DNA from: Octopus vulgaris
Taxonomy: Eukaryota
Direction of reading: 5' to 3'
Assembly (NCBI GenBank): GCA_951406725.2
Contig: OX597839.1
Coordinates: forward strand, 36,580,001 to 36,644,000
Length of the DNA stretch: 64,000 nucleotides
This document shows, in pieces, positions 24,693 through 37,398 of this stretch. The number at the start of each line of letters is the position of its first letter. Within the stretch, counting starts at the first letter, position 1. The notes below the pieces were generated by a model. It was not told the DNA's origin. It searched no databases and saw only the letters and a program-made list of their open reading frames with translations. Position numbers and translations under genes: made by a program.

Positions 24693-25158
24693 AGAGTGGC
24701 TGTGTGGTAAGTAGCTTGCTTACCAACCACATGGTTCCGCGTTCAGTCCCACTGCGTGGCACCTTGGGCAAGTGTCTTCTACTATAGCCTCGGGCCGACC
24801 AAAGCCTTGTGAGTGGATTTGGTAGACGGAAACTGAAAGAAGCCCGTCGTATATATGTATGTATGTGTATATATATATATATATATATACACATAGTTAC
24901 GGGGACGTAAACACACCAGCATCGGTTGTCGAGCGATGTTGGGGGGACAAACACAGACACACAAACATACACACGCACGAACATCGCTCGACAACCGATG
25001 CTGGTGTGTTTACGTCCCCGTAACTTAGCGGTTCGGCAAGAGAGACCGACAGAATAAGTACTAGGCTTACAAAGAATAAGTCCTGGGGATCGATTTGCTC
25101 GACTAAAGGCGGTGCTCCAGCATGGCCACAGTCAAACGACTGAAACAAGTAAAAGAGT
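24693..25158 (+). mobile_element. SINE family A with internal inverted duplication
   Basis: 24895-24940 is the exact reverse complement of 24980-25025. Confidence 0.9.
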
Positions 25159-26758
25159 TTTAAAAAGTGTAATAGACTACACACATCCATCATGTCTATT
25201 TGATTTTTTTCATTTCTTTAAGATGGTCGTTAAGGTGCGATACAAGTAAAGTTTGGCTACTGTGTTAACAAATCCAGATCCAAGCAAAGTTGACCCAAGT
25301 GGAACATCAACCTAGACGAAGGCAATCTCGCTGCTTGCCCCCCACCTTTCTGTCTCCGAGGGAGGTACTGGGGACGAAGTACCCAGTTAATTTCTATCGA
25401 TGATTCAATTGACAACAACGCATCTTACTACCTCACGCAAAAAGTGGGTCAGCCCCTAATGATCAAATGCGCTCAAGCTATGACCGACTTCATTTGTTTT
25501 TTTTTTATTCATTATCAAGCATCGTGTACCCTGGACTATATTTGCCAACGTCCTTTTTTTTTTTTTATTAAAAACAATAATAATAAAAAGATGCCCCGTG
25601 GGGGTGTGATTTGAGGAAGACCTAGAGATGCTATTTAAAATAGGGAAAGAGGTATGTAACGTCGGGACTCCAACATAGAGAGAGTCTACAGGCTGAATAC
25701 AAACCCAAATAGATTTCTTATACCTTTCACCTATTGTCTGTAATGGGAAGAAATAAATGAAGATATACTAATAATTGGTCATGACGGTTTGTGTTGGGGA
25801 AGAAGGCAAAAAAAAAAATTAATTTTATTTCAGAAGCTAATGTATATAAACAGAGGTAGATATCATGCGTAAGGGGGTATCGCCAACAGGGTGTTGTTAT
25901 TCAATGGATATATTGTTGGTACAAATAATTCACACACGCACTTGAGTAAAATGTACACAAATCTGCTGACAAAACAGGCATGCACATGTGATATCAACAA
26001 GGTAGATATCTATACATGCACCAAGAGATACATACACAGTATGGGCCTGACATGCATACACACCAACAGGCGCTCGCACACACTTCTAAAAGCTACACAC
26101 ACAGAGCTTGCACACATACCACACATGCTAGGAGCCTCACACACACACACATACAGTGCGACGTATACTCATCCCGTTCTTCTCTTAAGATCCTTTACAC
26201 ACAAACACACACACCTCGTTTATGAAAGCATTTTCTTATATCAGAGAAGATTGTTATTATTATTAAGATGATGACTATTTATTAATGGCTTTGCGAGCCG
26301 TGTTTAAAGGTTGACTCAGCTACAAGAAATGTTTGCTTTTGTAGAAAAAGAAAAGGATAGGAGGTGGTGGTGGTGGTGGTGGTGGGTTTCAAGAAGAAAC
26401 AGAAAATGAACCAAACATATAAATTGTGTGTGTATGTGTTTTATTTTTTTTACCTGTTTCAGTCATTAGACTGCGGCCTTGCTGGAGCACTGCCTTCAAG
26501 GGTTTAGTCGAATAAATCGACTCCAGCACTTATTTTTTGTAAGTTTGGTACCTAATTCAACAGCTCTATTGAGGAACTGCTGAAGTTACAAGGACGCAAA
26601 CAAACTAACCCCGGTTGTACACACACCTCCGACCAAATACAAAGTGAACCTTAGGGTTTGAACCCACAACAAATAATCGAACCATGTCATTAATTAATGC
26701 CACAAACACATTTCTAAAGATTTATCAATTTCAAGTGGGAGTACTAAGGTCATAACTA

Positions 26759-27263
26759 CAGATTAGTACCCCTTCGACTTTGTTTCCTCATAACTTCTTG
26801 GAAAATTCCAATTTTTACATGCAATTTTGCAAAGAGATGTTTCCGAGGGTGCATATTTACGACTACGTTGACAATATTAAAAAGAATTCTTTTTTTCATT
26901 TTTGAATTTGTTTCGGTCATTCTTCTCCCTCCCTACTTTTTAAGATGTATATTTTTAAATGACATTTTGCAGAAATGTTTTCGTGACAGCATAATACGTA
27001 ATGTTGATGTTTCAAACATAAATCTGGAGAAAAAACAAATGCTAAAATGCTTAAATTACAGAAATTGGTGGTCACAAGTCGAGTGAGAGAGGAGGGAGAC
27101 CGATCCGAAGCCACAACTGTTCTTTTATTTTTTTTCCCTCCTAAATTTTATCAACATCGTTGTAATCTACATTCTCGAAAAAATCCCTCTGCAAAATTTC
27201 ATGAAAAAATAAGCATTTTTCAGAAAGTTATGAAGAAACAAAGTCGAAAGGGGCACTAATGTG
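26759..27263. mobile_element. Tc1/mariner-type MITE with long imperfect TIRs
   Basis: TA|CAGATTAGTACCCCTTCGACTTTGTTTCCTCATAACTT... versus ...AAGTTATGAAGAAACAAAGTCGAAAGGGGCACTAATGTG|TA; inverted similarity extends ~120 bp. Confidence 0.8.
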
Positions 27264-30200
27264 TAAAATGTCATACTATAAAAAAAGATAATGTATTATT
27301 GAGAGCTGCTCGAATCGTTGGAGATTGGGAAGATGTCATTCGTACCGGTTTTTTTGCATTTTGAGTTCAAATCCCGTTGAGATTAATTTTGCCTATTATC
27401 CCCTTATAGGGTCGATAAAATGAAAGTACCAGTCGAGTATTGAGGCCCGTGGTACTGACTATCCATTTTCCTTAAAAAAAAAAAAAAAAGCTAATCCTTG
27501 TGTCCAAATCAGAAACCAGTTTTTTAAAGACTTATATTATAGACGTAAAGTGGGTCTTTAGTTTCGTTTTATGTACATGTTCCTGATATTAAAATCTGGG
27601 AATTGACCTCATCCAGACTTTCTTCTTACCGCATTTAGACATCTTAGGAAGAAAAATAGTTTTTTTTACAAAAAAAAAAAAAAGAAAAAAGAAATCTTTA
27701 TCGATAGGAAGTAATTAGGAAAAATATGACGGCTATTTGCTCATTTTCTATGAAGTTCACATACTTTAAAGGGTGGGTATTTCCGCTCATGGCATGTCTT
27801 TCCTCAAACGAAGAATAAATACCTATTTCTTTATTGCCCACAAGGGGCTAAACATAGAGAGGGGACAAACAATGACAGACAAACAGATTAAGTCGATTAT
27901 ATCGATCCCAGTGCGTAACTGGTACTTATTTAATCGACCCCGAAGAATAAAATACCACTGACAAACAAGGAGGGAGGAGGAATTTGCTGCGAGCAAAACT
28001 CGAAACAGGTCCACTGATTCACAGTTTATTGTGGATCGATCGCGGAAATCTCCATGCATGATGGAATTTCTAAGCAGTTAGGCGATTTGTTGCCGTCGTT
28101 ATTGGCGTGTTTGGAATGTTGGAACACTCAGAAATACAACTGATGGTTGTTTATTGCCAGCTGAAGTAAACAGGCTTAATTTACTCGCAGTTTGAAGCAA
28201 GAGGTGCGGAGTTCAAGACAGGAAACGGTTACAAACAGCTGCGATATTTATTATTAGGAAGGTACTGTATCAGGGTGGTGGGTAGATAAATAGATAGCCA
28301 TCTCGTAAACGGATGGAGGGTGACTGGCAGACTGACGCATGTAGTAGTTAGTGGTAGTGCTGTTGTTTAAGCACCCAAATTAGTCCCGATTTAGAATACC
28401 TGCAAGCAAAAGGTATTCCAGAATGTGACCATCCCACAAATCATCCTGTGTGCCAAAATCAGTAATTTCTTCGGGTCTGCATTTTCACGCAGATTCCTAG
28501 ATGATGAATCAGAAAGAAAGAAAAAAGGAAAAAAAGAGAAAAGATGAGAGAAAGAGGTCCCCCTTTTCTGTAATCTTTTTAGCTCCGACTCAGGCTTATA
28601 TTTTTAGCATTTTAAGATTACGAACTTTCAAAAATTATAGTGTAATATAAATCTGAAAAAAATTTTTTTCGAAAAGTTAAAACTGAGAATTCCCGGAAGG
28701 GTGGAGGACAAAATCTACTTTCCCACACAATTTTTTTGCGCTGTACTTTGCAATTTCGAAATCTACGATACTTATAACATTATAGATCCCAGGAAATTAC
28801 GGTTTGTAGCGTATTAAATAATTTCCGACTCTATTCTACAAGAATACCCACTGACGACAGAACGTAACTCGAGGATTAAGTATCACAAGATAGAAGCACC
28901 CTGTGATGTAATGTTACCAGGAATATTCCTAATGACTTCCAATAAATTAATTTCAGCAATAAATACTGAACAGTAAGGACTGTTTAACATAACACGAATT
29001 CATTGCTGCTTTTCCAAACGTCAGAACTGACGTAAAATGAAGAAGTTCTACCGAGAAATCGAAACCAATTTCACCAGAACAAACAATTAATCTGCCGACA
29101 CAAGTCAAACAAGGAAGCTTCTATGTGGCCGATCAATTTGCTAGAAAAGACAGCCAAATCTACCCTAGATAACAGCTCGATCTTTAAAAAAAAAATATCC
29201 AAGATTACATTGAATAATGTATTTGATACACGATATCTGGAAACAAAGAGATGATGGTCATAGTTGGAGCGCTTTTGATCATAGGTCAATTCAATCAGAG
29301 GCGATCTTTCGCTTTGATCTGACTTGGTGTTCAGTTACATACAGATTCGATCCGAGCCAAAGAAAGGTACCTCCTCTACGTAGTAACAACACCCATAGTC
29401 ACAGACACACACCACCCTATCGTCTTAAACGAAGAATACAATTAGAGAATGTAGCTCTACATATCTTTTAAAAAAAAGGACGAGATGGTCGAGTCTGGAA
29501 TGTTTTTGATCCGCGAGGGAACCTCTTCCCATCAAATACTGTTATGGCGAGGTATTCTAAGGACATGCGACTCTTAACCGAATTTATATCTCTGGTGTGT
29601 GAGATATGTTCAGTCATACGAAGCAGTACTGCCGTGACGGTTTCGATTCCCTGTCAAACCACTTCTCTCTCTCCTCCCCTTTTATTTTAAGATACAAAGG
29701 CATGAGTGTCACAACTTTCAGTTTCCTTAAGACTAAATATTGCAGCAAGGTATCAAAATAAAGGGGTGAAAAAACAAACAAAATGCATACAACTATCTCT
29801 ACCACCTGCTTCTTTAAAACAGTGGAAACAAGCAGAAATAATTGACTGGTACTTTATTTTATCAACTCCGAAAGGATAAAAAGTGAAGTTGACTTCGCCA
29901 GCATTTGAACTCAAAACGTAACGAGTTGGCTGTAATACCACCAAGCATTTTGTCCGACGCACTGAGTCTGCCAACTCGATAATAGGCCCAAGACCAGAAA
30001 TTTTGAATGCAAGGGGTTAGTTAATAACATTGACTCAGTACTTGAGTGGTACTTTATTTTATCAAGAGATGAAGGCAAAGTTGACATTGACGGAATTTGA
30101 ACTCAGAACATAAAAAAAGGGACCCTCAAGATTTTCATAATGATTTCAGCAATTATTAATCATTTAATTAAATGTAATAATTTGTTTTATTGGTCCCAGG

Positions 30201-30531
30201 TTTTGTAATTCCCACATACCTATATATATGTACCTACGAAGCAAAGACTGGCGCCGCAAGGGCCCACAAAAGACATTGAAAGACGATATTTTTTTTTTTT
30301 TTAAATGAAATACAAAACGTAAATTAAAATGTGGAAACATGACAAGAAAATAAATAAAAGTCGATATTTTCTCTGAATTGTGAAAGGAACACAAATGAAT
30401 AGGAACAACAACAACATCGATGTGAATTTGGAAGCAGATTTTAAACATGTGTGAATGAACTATCAAAAATGTATATACCTACATATATAAATACATGAGA
30501 AAAAAAGATAAGAAATTTCTGGTCAACTAAC

Positions 30532-30612
30532 CTTTCTGAACTTTGCCGACCTCGGGAAGACATTCTTGCGAATCGGATTTGTCTGCCATATCCATAGAAT
30601 TGAAACATTGGC
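30532..30612 (-). CDS. Candidate 81-nt internal exon of an unidentified gene
   Basis: Acceptor tttctgtctctgtggttgccttgtctttaaag|GCC, donor AAG|gttagt; length divisible by 3 and open in all three frames (e.g. MDMADKSDSQECLPEVGKVQK); non-repetitive sequence. Confidence 0.4.
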
Positions 30613-31299
30613 CTTTAAAGACAAGGCAACCACAGAGACAGAAATAGTAATTAAAAATATATAATAACGAGAGAGAGTGGAGGAGAGAAATAGTAAATGA
30701 TAGATAGAAAGATAGATATATATAGGTAGAGGGAACCTTGTTCACATCAAGGAAGGACGTCCAAGCATGTATCGCAAAAGGAGCTATTAGTGCTCGGACG
30801 GGGTGGACTGCTAATTAATACGGTTGTTGAGTTTTATCCAGGGTGGAAAGCGATGTTGTTGTCGTTACTGTTGTTTTCGTAAAACACCCGCAATCGGTGA
30901 ATTAAATGCACGCATCTTTATATATATATATATATAGGTATGTGCGTGCTTATACGCGCGCGCGTATATATCTGTGTGTATGTGTGTGTGTGAGTGAGTG
31001 TATGCGTATGTCTGTGTACTTAATATATATGTGTGTGTGTGTGTGTAGTAATGAATCTCTGAGCGAGGTGTATATCAAAAGAAGCCACGATTCTATTGTT
31101 TAATGAGAGAGAGAAAATCCGTCGACACGAGTTTAGTTAGCTGGAAGCCATGCTGTAGTTGAAGAGACAGAAAAGAAGACAGGCCATCGGTGTGTCTAAC
31201 AACAATAATAACACCCAAGGAAGACTGGTTTGTCTTGTGCATGTGAGAGAGAGAGCAAACCACACACACACACACCTCATTTCGCCTTATTCTGTGCAC

Positions 31300-32270
31300 T
31301 TACACTCTCATTCACTCCCTCTCTCTCGATCTCTGTCTCTTTCTTTCTCGCTATTCCCACCTTTAGGTATTCCTCTCTCCACCACTCTCCCGCTCTCTCT
31401 TTCAAATTCTCTTCATCTCTCTCTCGATCTACCTCTACCCCTCTCTCTTTTCATCTCTCTCCCTCTAACTGCCTCCACGTCCACCTCTCTTCACCCCCTC
31501 TCTTTCTAATGGTATATATATCTCTCTCGCCACCGGCTTTCTGCACCCTCTCTATCTCTTCATTTCTCCCTCTCTCTCTCCACTTCCCTCTTTTTTTACC
31601 GCCCTCTCTCCGCTCCCCTTTCTCTTCTATTTTCAGCTCTTCCTTTCTCTCTCTGTTACTCTCCCTCCACCTCTTTCTACATTTCTTTTGCTTTCTCTCT
31701 CTCTCTGTTCTTTTCAATCTGATTGTCTCCCTTCCACTACGTCTCTCTCTCTCTCTATGTCATTCCCTATCGATTCTCTCTTTCTCTCAGACACTCAGTC
31801 CTATGTCTATCATTTTTGTCACTCGCTCTCACTCACTCACTAACTCTTTCTCTCTCTCTTTCTTTCTCTCCTAAATTTAAATCTTTTACTTTTCTCTTCT
31901 CTATCTCCAGCATTTGTTTCACTCTCTCTCTCTCTCACTCTTCATCCTTTTCACTTACTTATGTCTTACTCTTTCTCTCACTCTGTCTCTCCTTTTTCGT
32001 CCCCTTTCTCTCCATGCCTATCCATCTGTCTATCTGTCTGTCTCTTTCTTTCACCCTTTCTATGTCTGTTGCTCTATCTCTCCTTCTCACTCCTTCCCAC
32101 CCTCCCCATCTATATATCATTCATTCTCTGTTGCTTTCTCTTTCTGTCGTACTCTCTACGACTTTTCCTTCCTCTCTCTCTCTCTCTCTCCTTATCTCTC
32201 TTACTCTATCGCTTTTGTTTCTCTGTCTCTCCGTCTCATTCGCTCTACCCCACACTTTCTTTCCTCCTCC
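31300..32270. repeat. ~1 kb polypyrimidine/(CT)n low-complexity tract
   Basis: Almost all C/T on the + strand; followed by (CAC)n-rich 32355-32655 and purine-rich 32700-32895. Confidence 0.9.
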
Positions 32271-32681
32271 GGCCATCGCCACTGTATAGTTGACAATAAT
32301 TACTGTTGTTCTTATTGCAGTTGTGGTCTGTATAAAACGATACAGCAAAATAAGCCACCGTCGTCACCATCCGTACCACCACCACCACAACCACCAATCC
32401 AGCAACACCATCACCGCCGCCATCACTTCACCACCACCACCATCGCTCCTCCACCTGTACATCGCCATCTTCACCACCATACTGTCCCTATAACGCTCTA
32501 CCTGCCCCTACACACACACAGCCATCACATCTGTCACACCACCGCCGTTACTACAGCCACCGCTACACCGCAGCCACCACCATCATCATCACCACAACCA
32601 CCAACACCACTACAACGCGATCACCACCACCACCACCGCCATCACCACTATCACTAAATAACGTTTGCAAATTAAACTTAC

Positions 32682-32688
32682 CTTTCTA
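32682..32688 (-). other. Candidate 4- or 7-nt microexon
   Basis: Minus strand: branch-point CACTAAC (32755-32761), pyrimidine tract cccctttttttcctccaccgctttag|TAG|AAAG|GTAAGT. Confidence 0.3.
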
Positions 32689-33114
32689 CTAAAGCGGTGG
32701 AGGAAAAAAAGGGGATCACTGAATGTGAGGAGTGGGTTGAGGAGATGGGCAACAGTTAGTGAGGGAGGTTCGTATACGGGAGAAGGCAGAATTAGAGAGG
32801 GAAAGGAAGGTGGAAGAGTGGGATAGGTTGAAAGAGAGAGAGAGAGAAAGAGAAAGAGAAAGACAGATTAAGAGAAAGGGAGAGAAAAAAGAATATTGGA
32901 TCGAGATAGGAATAGATATATTTCTTTACTACCCACAAGGGGCTAAACACAGAGGGGACAAACAAAGGGATTAAGTCGATTACATCGACCTCAGTGCATA
33001 ACTGGTACTACACTTAAAAATAGAAGTCCTAGGAGTGGATTCATTCAACTAAAAATTCGTCAAGGTGGTGCCCCAGCATGGCCACAGTCCAATGACTAAA
33101 ACAGATAGGAGATA

Positions 33115-33330
33115 TCTGTTTTTTTATTACCCACAAGGGGCTAAACATAGAGGAGACAAACAAAGGGATTAAGTTGATTACATCGACCTCAGTGCGTAAC
33201 TGGTACTTAATTTATCGACCCCGAAAGGATGAAAGGCAAAGTCGACCTCGGCGGAATTTGAACTCGGAACGTAACGACGGACGAAATACGGCTACGTATT
33301 TCGCCTGGCGTGCTAACGACTCTGCAAGCT
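33115..33330 (-). mobile_element. SINE family B (partial copy also at 32920-33010)
   Basis: CCCCGAAAGGATGAAAGGCAAAGTCGACCTCGGCGGAATTTGAACTC. Confidence 0.85.
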
Positions 33331-33548
33331 TAGATAGGAATAGATAGACAGACAGATAGAAAGATCAGTGCTGACACAAGAAACTCTCGACCCTTGAGTT
33401 ACTTCTGTAAATATTAATGAATAGATAGATAGATAAAGAGTTATATAGGTAAGAGGAGAGAGCGATAGATTAAAAGGAAAACACGGGGACGAAAAGGAAT
33501 TAGAATGATAGAAAGAAGTATGTGAGAGGGACACACACAGCTGACAGA

Positions 33549-33585
<37 letters not shown>

Positions 33586-34427
33586 AAAACAAAGGGATAG
33601 AATGAGAGAGGAAAAGATATACATAGGAGAGAGAGAGAGAGAGAAGGAGATGGGGGGTGGTTGAAGTAGAAAAGTCAACGAAGAAGAGAGAGAGATAAAG
33701 GTAGTTAGATAGAAGAAGAAGAAGAAGAAGAAGAAAAAGAAGCAACCGTAGATGCTCAAGGAAAAGTTGTGATGTCTGCTTGTAAAAAAATTCAGTTAAC
33801 ATTTTGTAAAATAAGATATGTTGGTCGTAAGATATGTCGTAAGAGAGGGGAAGAGAGGTGAGCTCTGACATTGAGAGACGACGGGTGGAGGGGAAGGAGG
33901 AGGAGGGGGCTTCTTTTTTTGAGAACTGCTTAAAAGTATTGAAGTATTGAGCGATTTTTTTACCTTCTTGTTTTACGCTTATTTAACGATATATATATAT
34001 ATATGTGTATGTGTGTATGTGTGTGCGTGCGTGTATGTGTGTGCATTTGTGTGTGTGTGCGTGTGTGTACATGTGTGTGTGTGTATGTGTGTGTGTGTGT
34101 GTATGTGTGTGTGCGTGTATGTGTGTGTATGTATGTGTGTGTGTATGTGCCTACACACACACACACACATGTACATACATACAAATACATATGTGTAGGT
34201 ACGAAACGAGGTGGAGAAAAATAGTATAAAGGTAGAATAAAATAGTATTTTATTGAGGGTAAAACCCCCTACCCCGCAAAAGACTCTTCAGAATCTGTTA
34301 CTCAGGGTTTTACTTCTTACAACTATAAAGATGAACGTTTACGTGAAACTGAGCAACAGTTTGTATGATTATAATGCATTTAAAAGTTGAACAAAACGTT
34401 ACGTATGGCCGCGAGTGATGAATCAGT

Positions 34428-34466
<39 letters not shown>

Positions 34467-34718
34467 TAATCCAAACGGGAAAACAGAAAAAACAACAACA
34501 CAGGGAACAATTACACGCTCAGGAAAATGGTATATATATATATATAATATTAAATTAGAGATGAAATCACTATTAGGCAAATCATACAATGAAAAACTTA
34601 AGCCAATACATAAGATTAATTAATTTATATTATTTTAAATATATATCAAAATATTAAAAAAAGATAATGAGTATAACACTACGATCGTTTCATGGCTGTC
34701 CAATTCGTAATATATATA

Positions 34719-34766
<48 letters not shown>

Positions 34767-34891
34767 ACAAAGGGTAAAATTAATTAATTAAGAAGTAATT
34801 AATAATTTCACCAAGTAGAATTCCGCATGAATTTGTTATTATTTTACCCTTTGTTATTATTAATTAATTTGACCCTTTGTTATTATTGGTC

Positions 34892-34929
<38 letters not shown>

Positions 34930-34954
34930 GCGCGCGCACACACACATATACACA

Positions 34955-35338
34955 TTTCTTTATTGCCCACAGGGGGCATATTTAATCCACCCCAAAAGGA
35001 TGAAAGGCAAAGTCGACCTCAGCGGAATTTGAACCCAGAACGTAACGGCAGACAAAATATCGCTAAGCATTTCGCCCGGCGTTGCTAACGATTCTGCCAG
35101 CTCGCCGCCTAAAAATATATTCTTTTATTCTATTAATTGTTTCAGTCATTTGACTGCGGCCATGCTGGAGCACGGCCTTAAGTCGAGCAAATCGACCCCA
35201 GAACTTATTCTCTGTAAGCCTATTCTATCGGTCTCTCTTGCCGAACTGCTAAGTTACGGGGACGTAAACACACCAGCATCGGTTGTCGAGCGATGTTGCA
35301 GGGACAAACACAGACACAAACATATACATACATAAATA

Positions 35339-35340
<2 letters not shown>
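34955..35340 (-). mobile_element. Adjacent SINE B (34955-35110) and SINE A 3' part (35120-35340)
   Basis: Family motifs as above; the SINE A appears to resume at ~36140-36180 after a microsatellite-embedded insert. Confidence 0.75.
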
Positions 35341-35424
<84 letters not shown>

Positions 35425-35572
35425 AAATAAGAAAATGGAGAAATACATCTAAATCAATTATCAACTACCAGATAATACCCAATCACATAATTTATTAAAC
35501 CACTACATATGAACATTAAATATATGTTATCCCATGGAAAGTTGCATTTACAACCCCTATCTCAATTTGTAA

Positions 35573-35668
<96 letters not shown>

Positions 35669-35670
<2 letters not shown>

Positions 35671-36017
35671 ATCAAAATAAGCAACAAGGATATCCAGAGG
35701 TACTGCCACTCCATGTAATTGAACAATGCAATCATTTCATTACATCAATTTAAAATGTAGAGCAATCTTCAGCTGCACAAAGACATAGAATTTAATTAAA
35801 TTAGAACAGATGGACACATTAGCATAATTTTGCCTAAAATCTCCAAGAGGATAAAGGGACTATGATATTGTTGGTAAAATATGTTCTTTGTCTATCTCCT
35901 TATCCTCTTATCCATTAAATTGATGTAATGAAATGATTGTATTTTTCAATTAAATGGAGTGGCATGAAACGATCGTACTGCATTACCTCTGGATATGCTT
36001 GTTGCTTATTTTGGTTT
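35669..36017. repeat. Fold-back (inverted duplication) embedded in (TA)n
   Basis: 35669-35752 is the reverse complement of 35914-36017 apart from an ~18-nt deletion in the left arm. Confidence 0.8.
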
Positions 36018-36103
36018 TAATCACCTTATTTTGAAATTGTATGGATAATACCATACTAAATTCTGGTGCCTCAACTTATGTACCATATTCATCTGGATCT
36101 ATA

Positions 36104-36138
<35 letters not shown>

Positions 36139-36678
36139 GCATATATACGACGGGCTTCTTTCAGTTTCCATCTACCAATTCTGATGGTAACATGTGTCTA
36201 AGGTATTAAATACTGTCCACCTCATCTCTTATGTAGTAAGTATATCCTTGGTCATATCCAGCCCAGATATTCTACCTGTTTAATGTTCAAACCAGTTAGA
36301 TCCAGCCTCTCACACTTGCCCTACAATGTCATTCAAAAAATAAACAATCACATCATCAAACACTTGGAGCTACAAAATAATGCATGATTATTTCAAAATG
36401 TGAATAAATAAGCTCCACATTTGACAGAGTAATCTGAATGCTAAAGGGTTAAAGTTGACAGGGTAATTTGTGGGACATTTGGCTGCTGTTGCCAGCAGGT
36501 CTAGCGACCACACATTTAGTGGCATGGCTGTATGGATAAGAAGTTCACTTCCCAACGATTTGGTTTTGGGTTCAGTCCCACTGCGTGGCATCTTGTATAA
36601 GCGTCTTCTAAGATAGCCTTGGATTGACCAAAATCACGTGGAGGGATTTGGTTGACAAAAACTGAAAAGAGGCCTTAA

Positions 36679-36898
36679 CCCTTTAGCATTTAAACCGGCC
36701 ATATCCGGCCCAAATTTTCTACTTCTTTTATGTTCAAACCATCTAGATCTGGCCTCTTGCCCATATCCTACAATGTCATCCTCAAAATAAACCATCACAT
36801 CATCAAATTCTCAGATTTACAAGATAATGCAGGATTAATTCAAAACAATGTGAATGAAAAAGGATTATATTTGACAGAGTAATCTGAACGCTAAAGGG
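36679..36898. mobile_element. piggyBac-type MITE P2, complete (partial copy at ~36250-36452)
   Basis: TTAA|CCCTTTAGCATT ... AACGCTAAAGGG|TTAA. Confidence 0.88.
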
Positions 36899-37398
36899 TT
36901 AAATATTATAAAGCCTTATTGTGGGTCTCATAACAATGTAAACACATTCTTTCCAAGTGAGTAATGTGTGGGAAAAAGAGGAAGTCAGTCACCTAATGAA
37001 CCATTTCACTGGACTTGTTAGAAGCATGGGAGATTTGGCTATTGTCCTGCTGCTGGACATCTGTCACCGAGGAACCCATAACAGGGTGATCTTCATGTGA
37101 TTTGGCAGCTCTAGCAACCATAGCGGATGGTTCTCATCGGTCAACAATAGAACTTTAAGTGCTGTTATGCACCACAAGTCCTCATGAGAAATCCTCTCAC
37201 GGTAAATAATGCAGCATGCTGTGTTCTGACACCACCTCCATGTTAATTTGCAGATCAACATTACAAATATTCAAATTATGTTAATTTATGACTAGTTTCT
37301 ATAACAGCTAACGCATGTTGTTGACTGGGAAAGATTGTAATATTCTCTCACAAAAAAGTATTATGGAACCGCAATCATTTCTATAAAAATATTCCATG

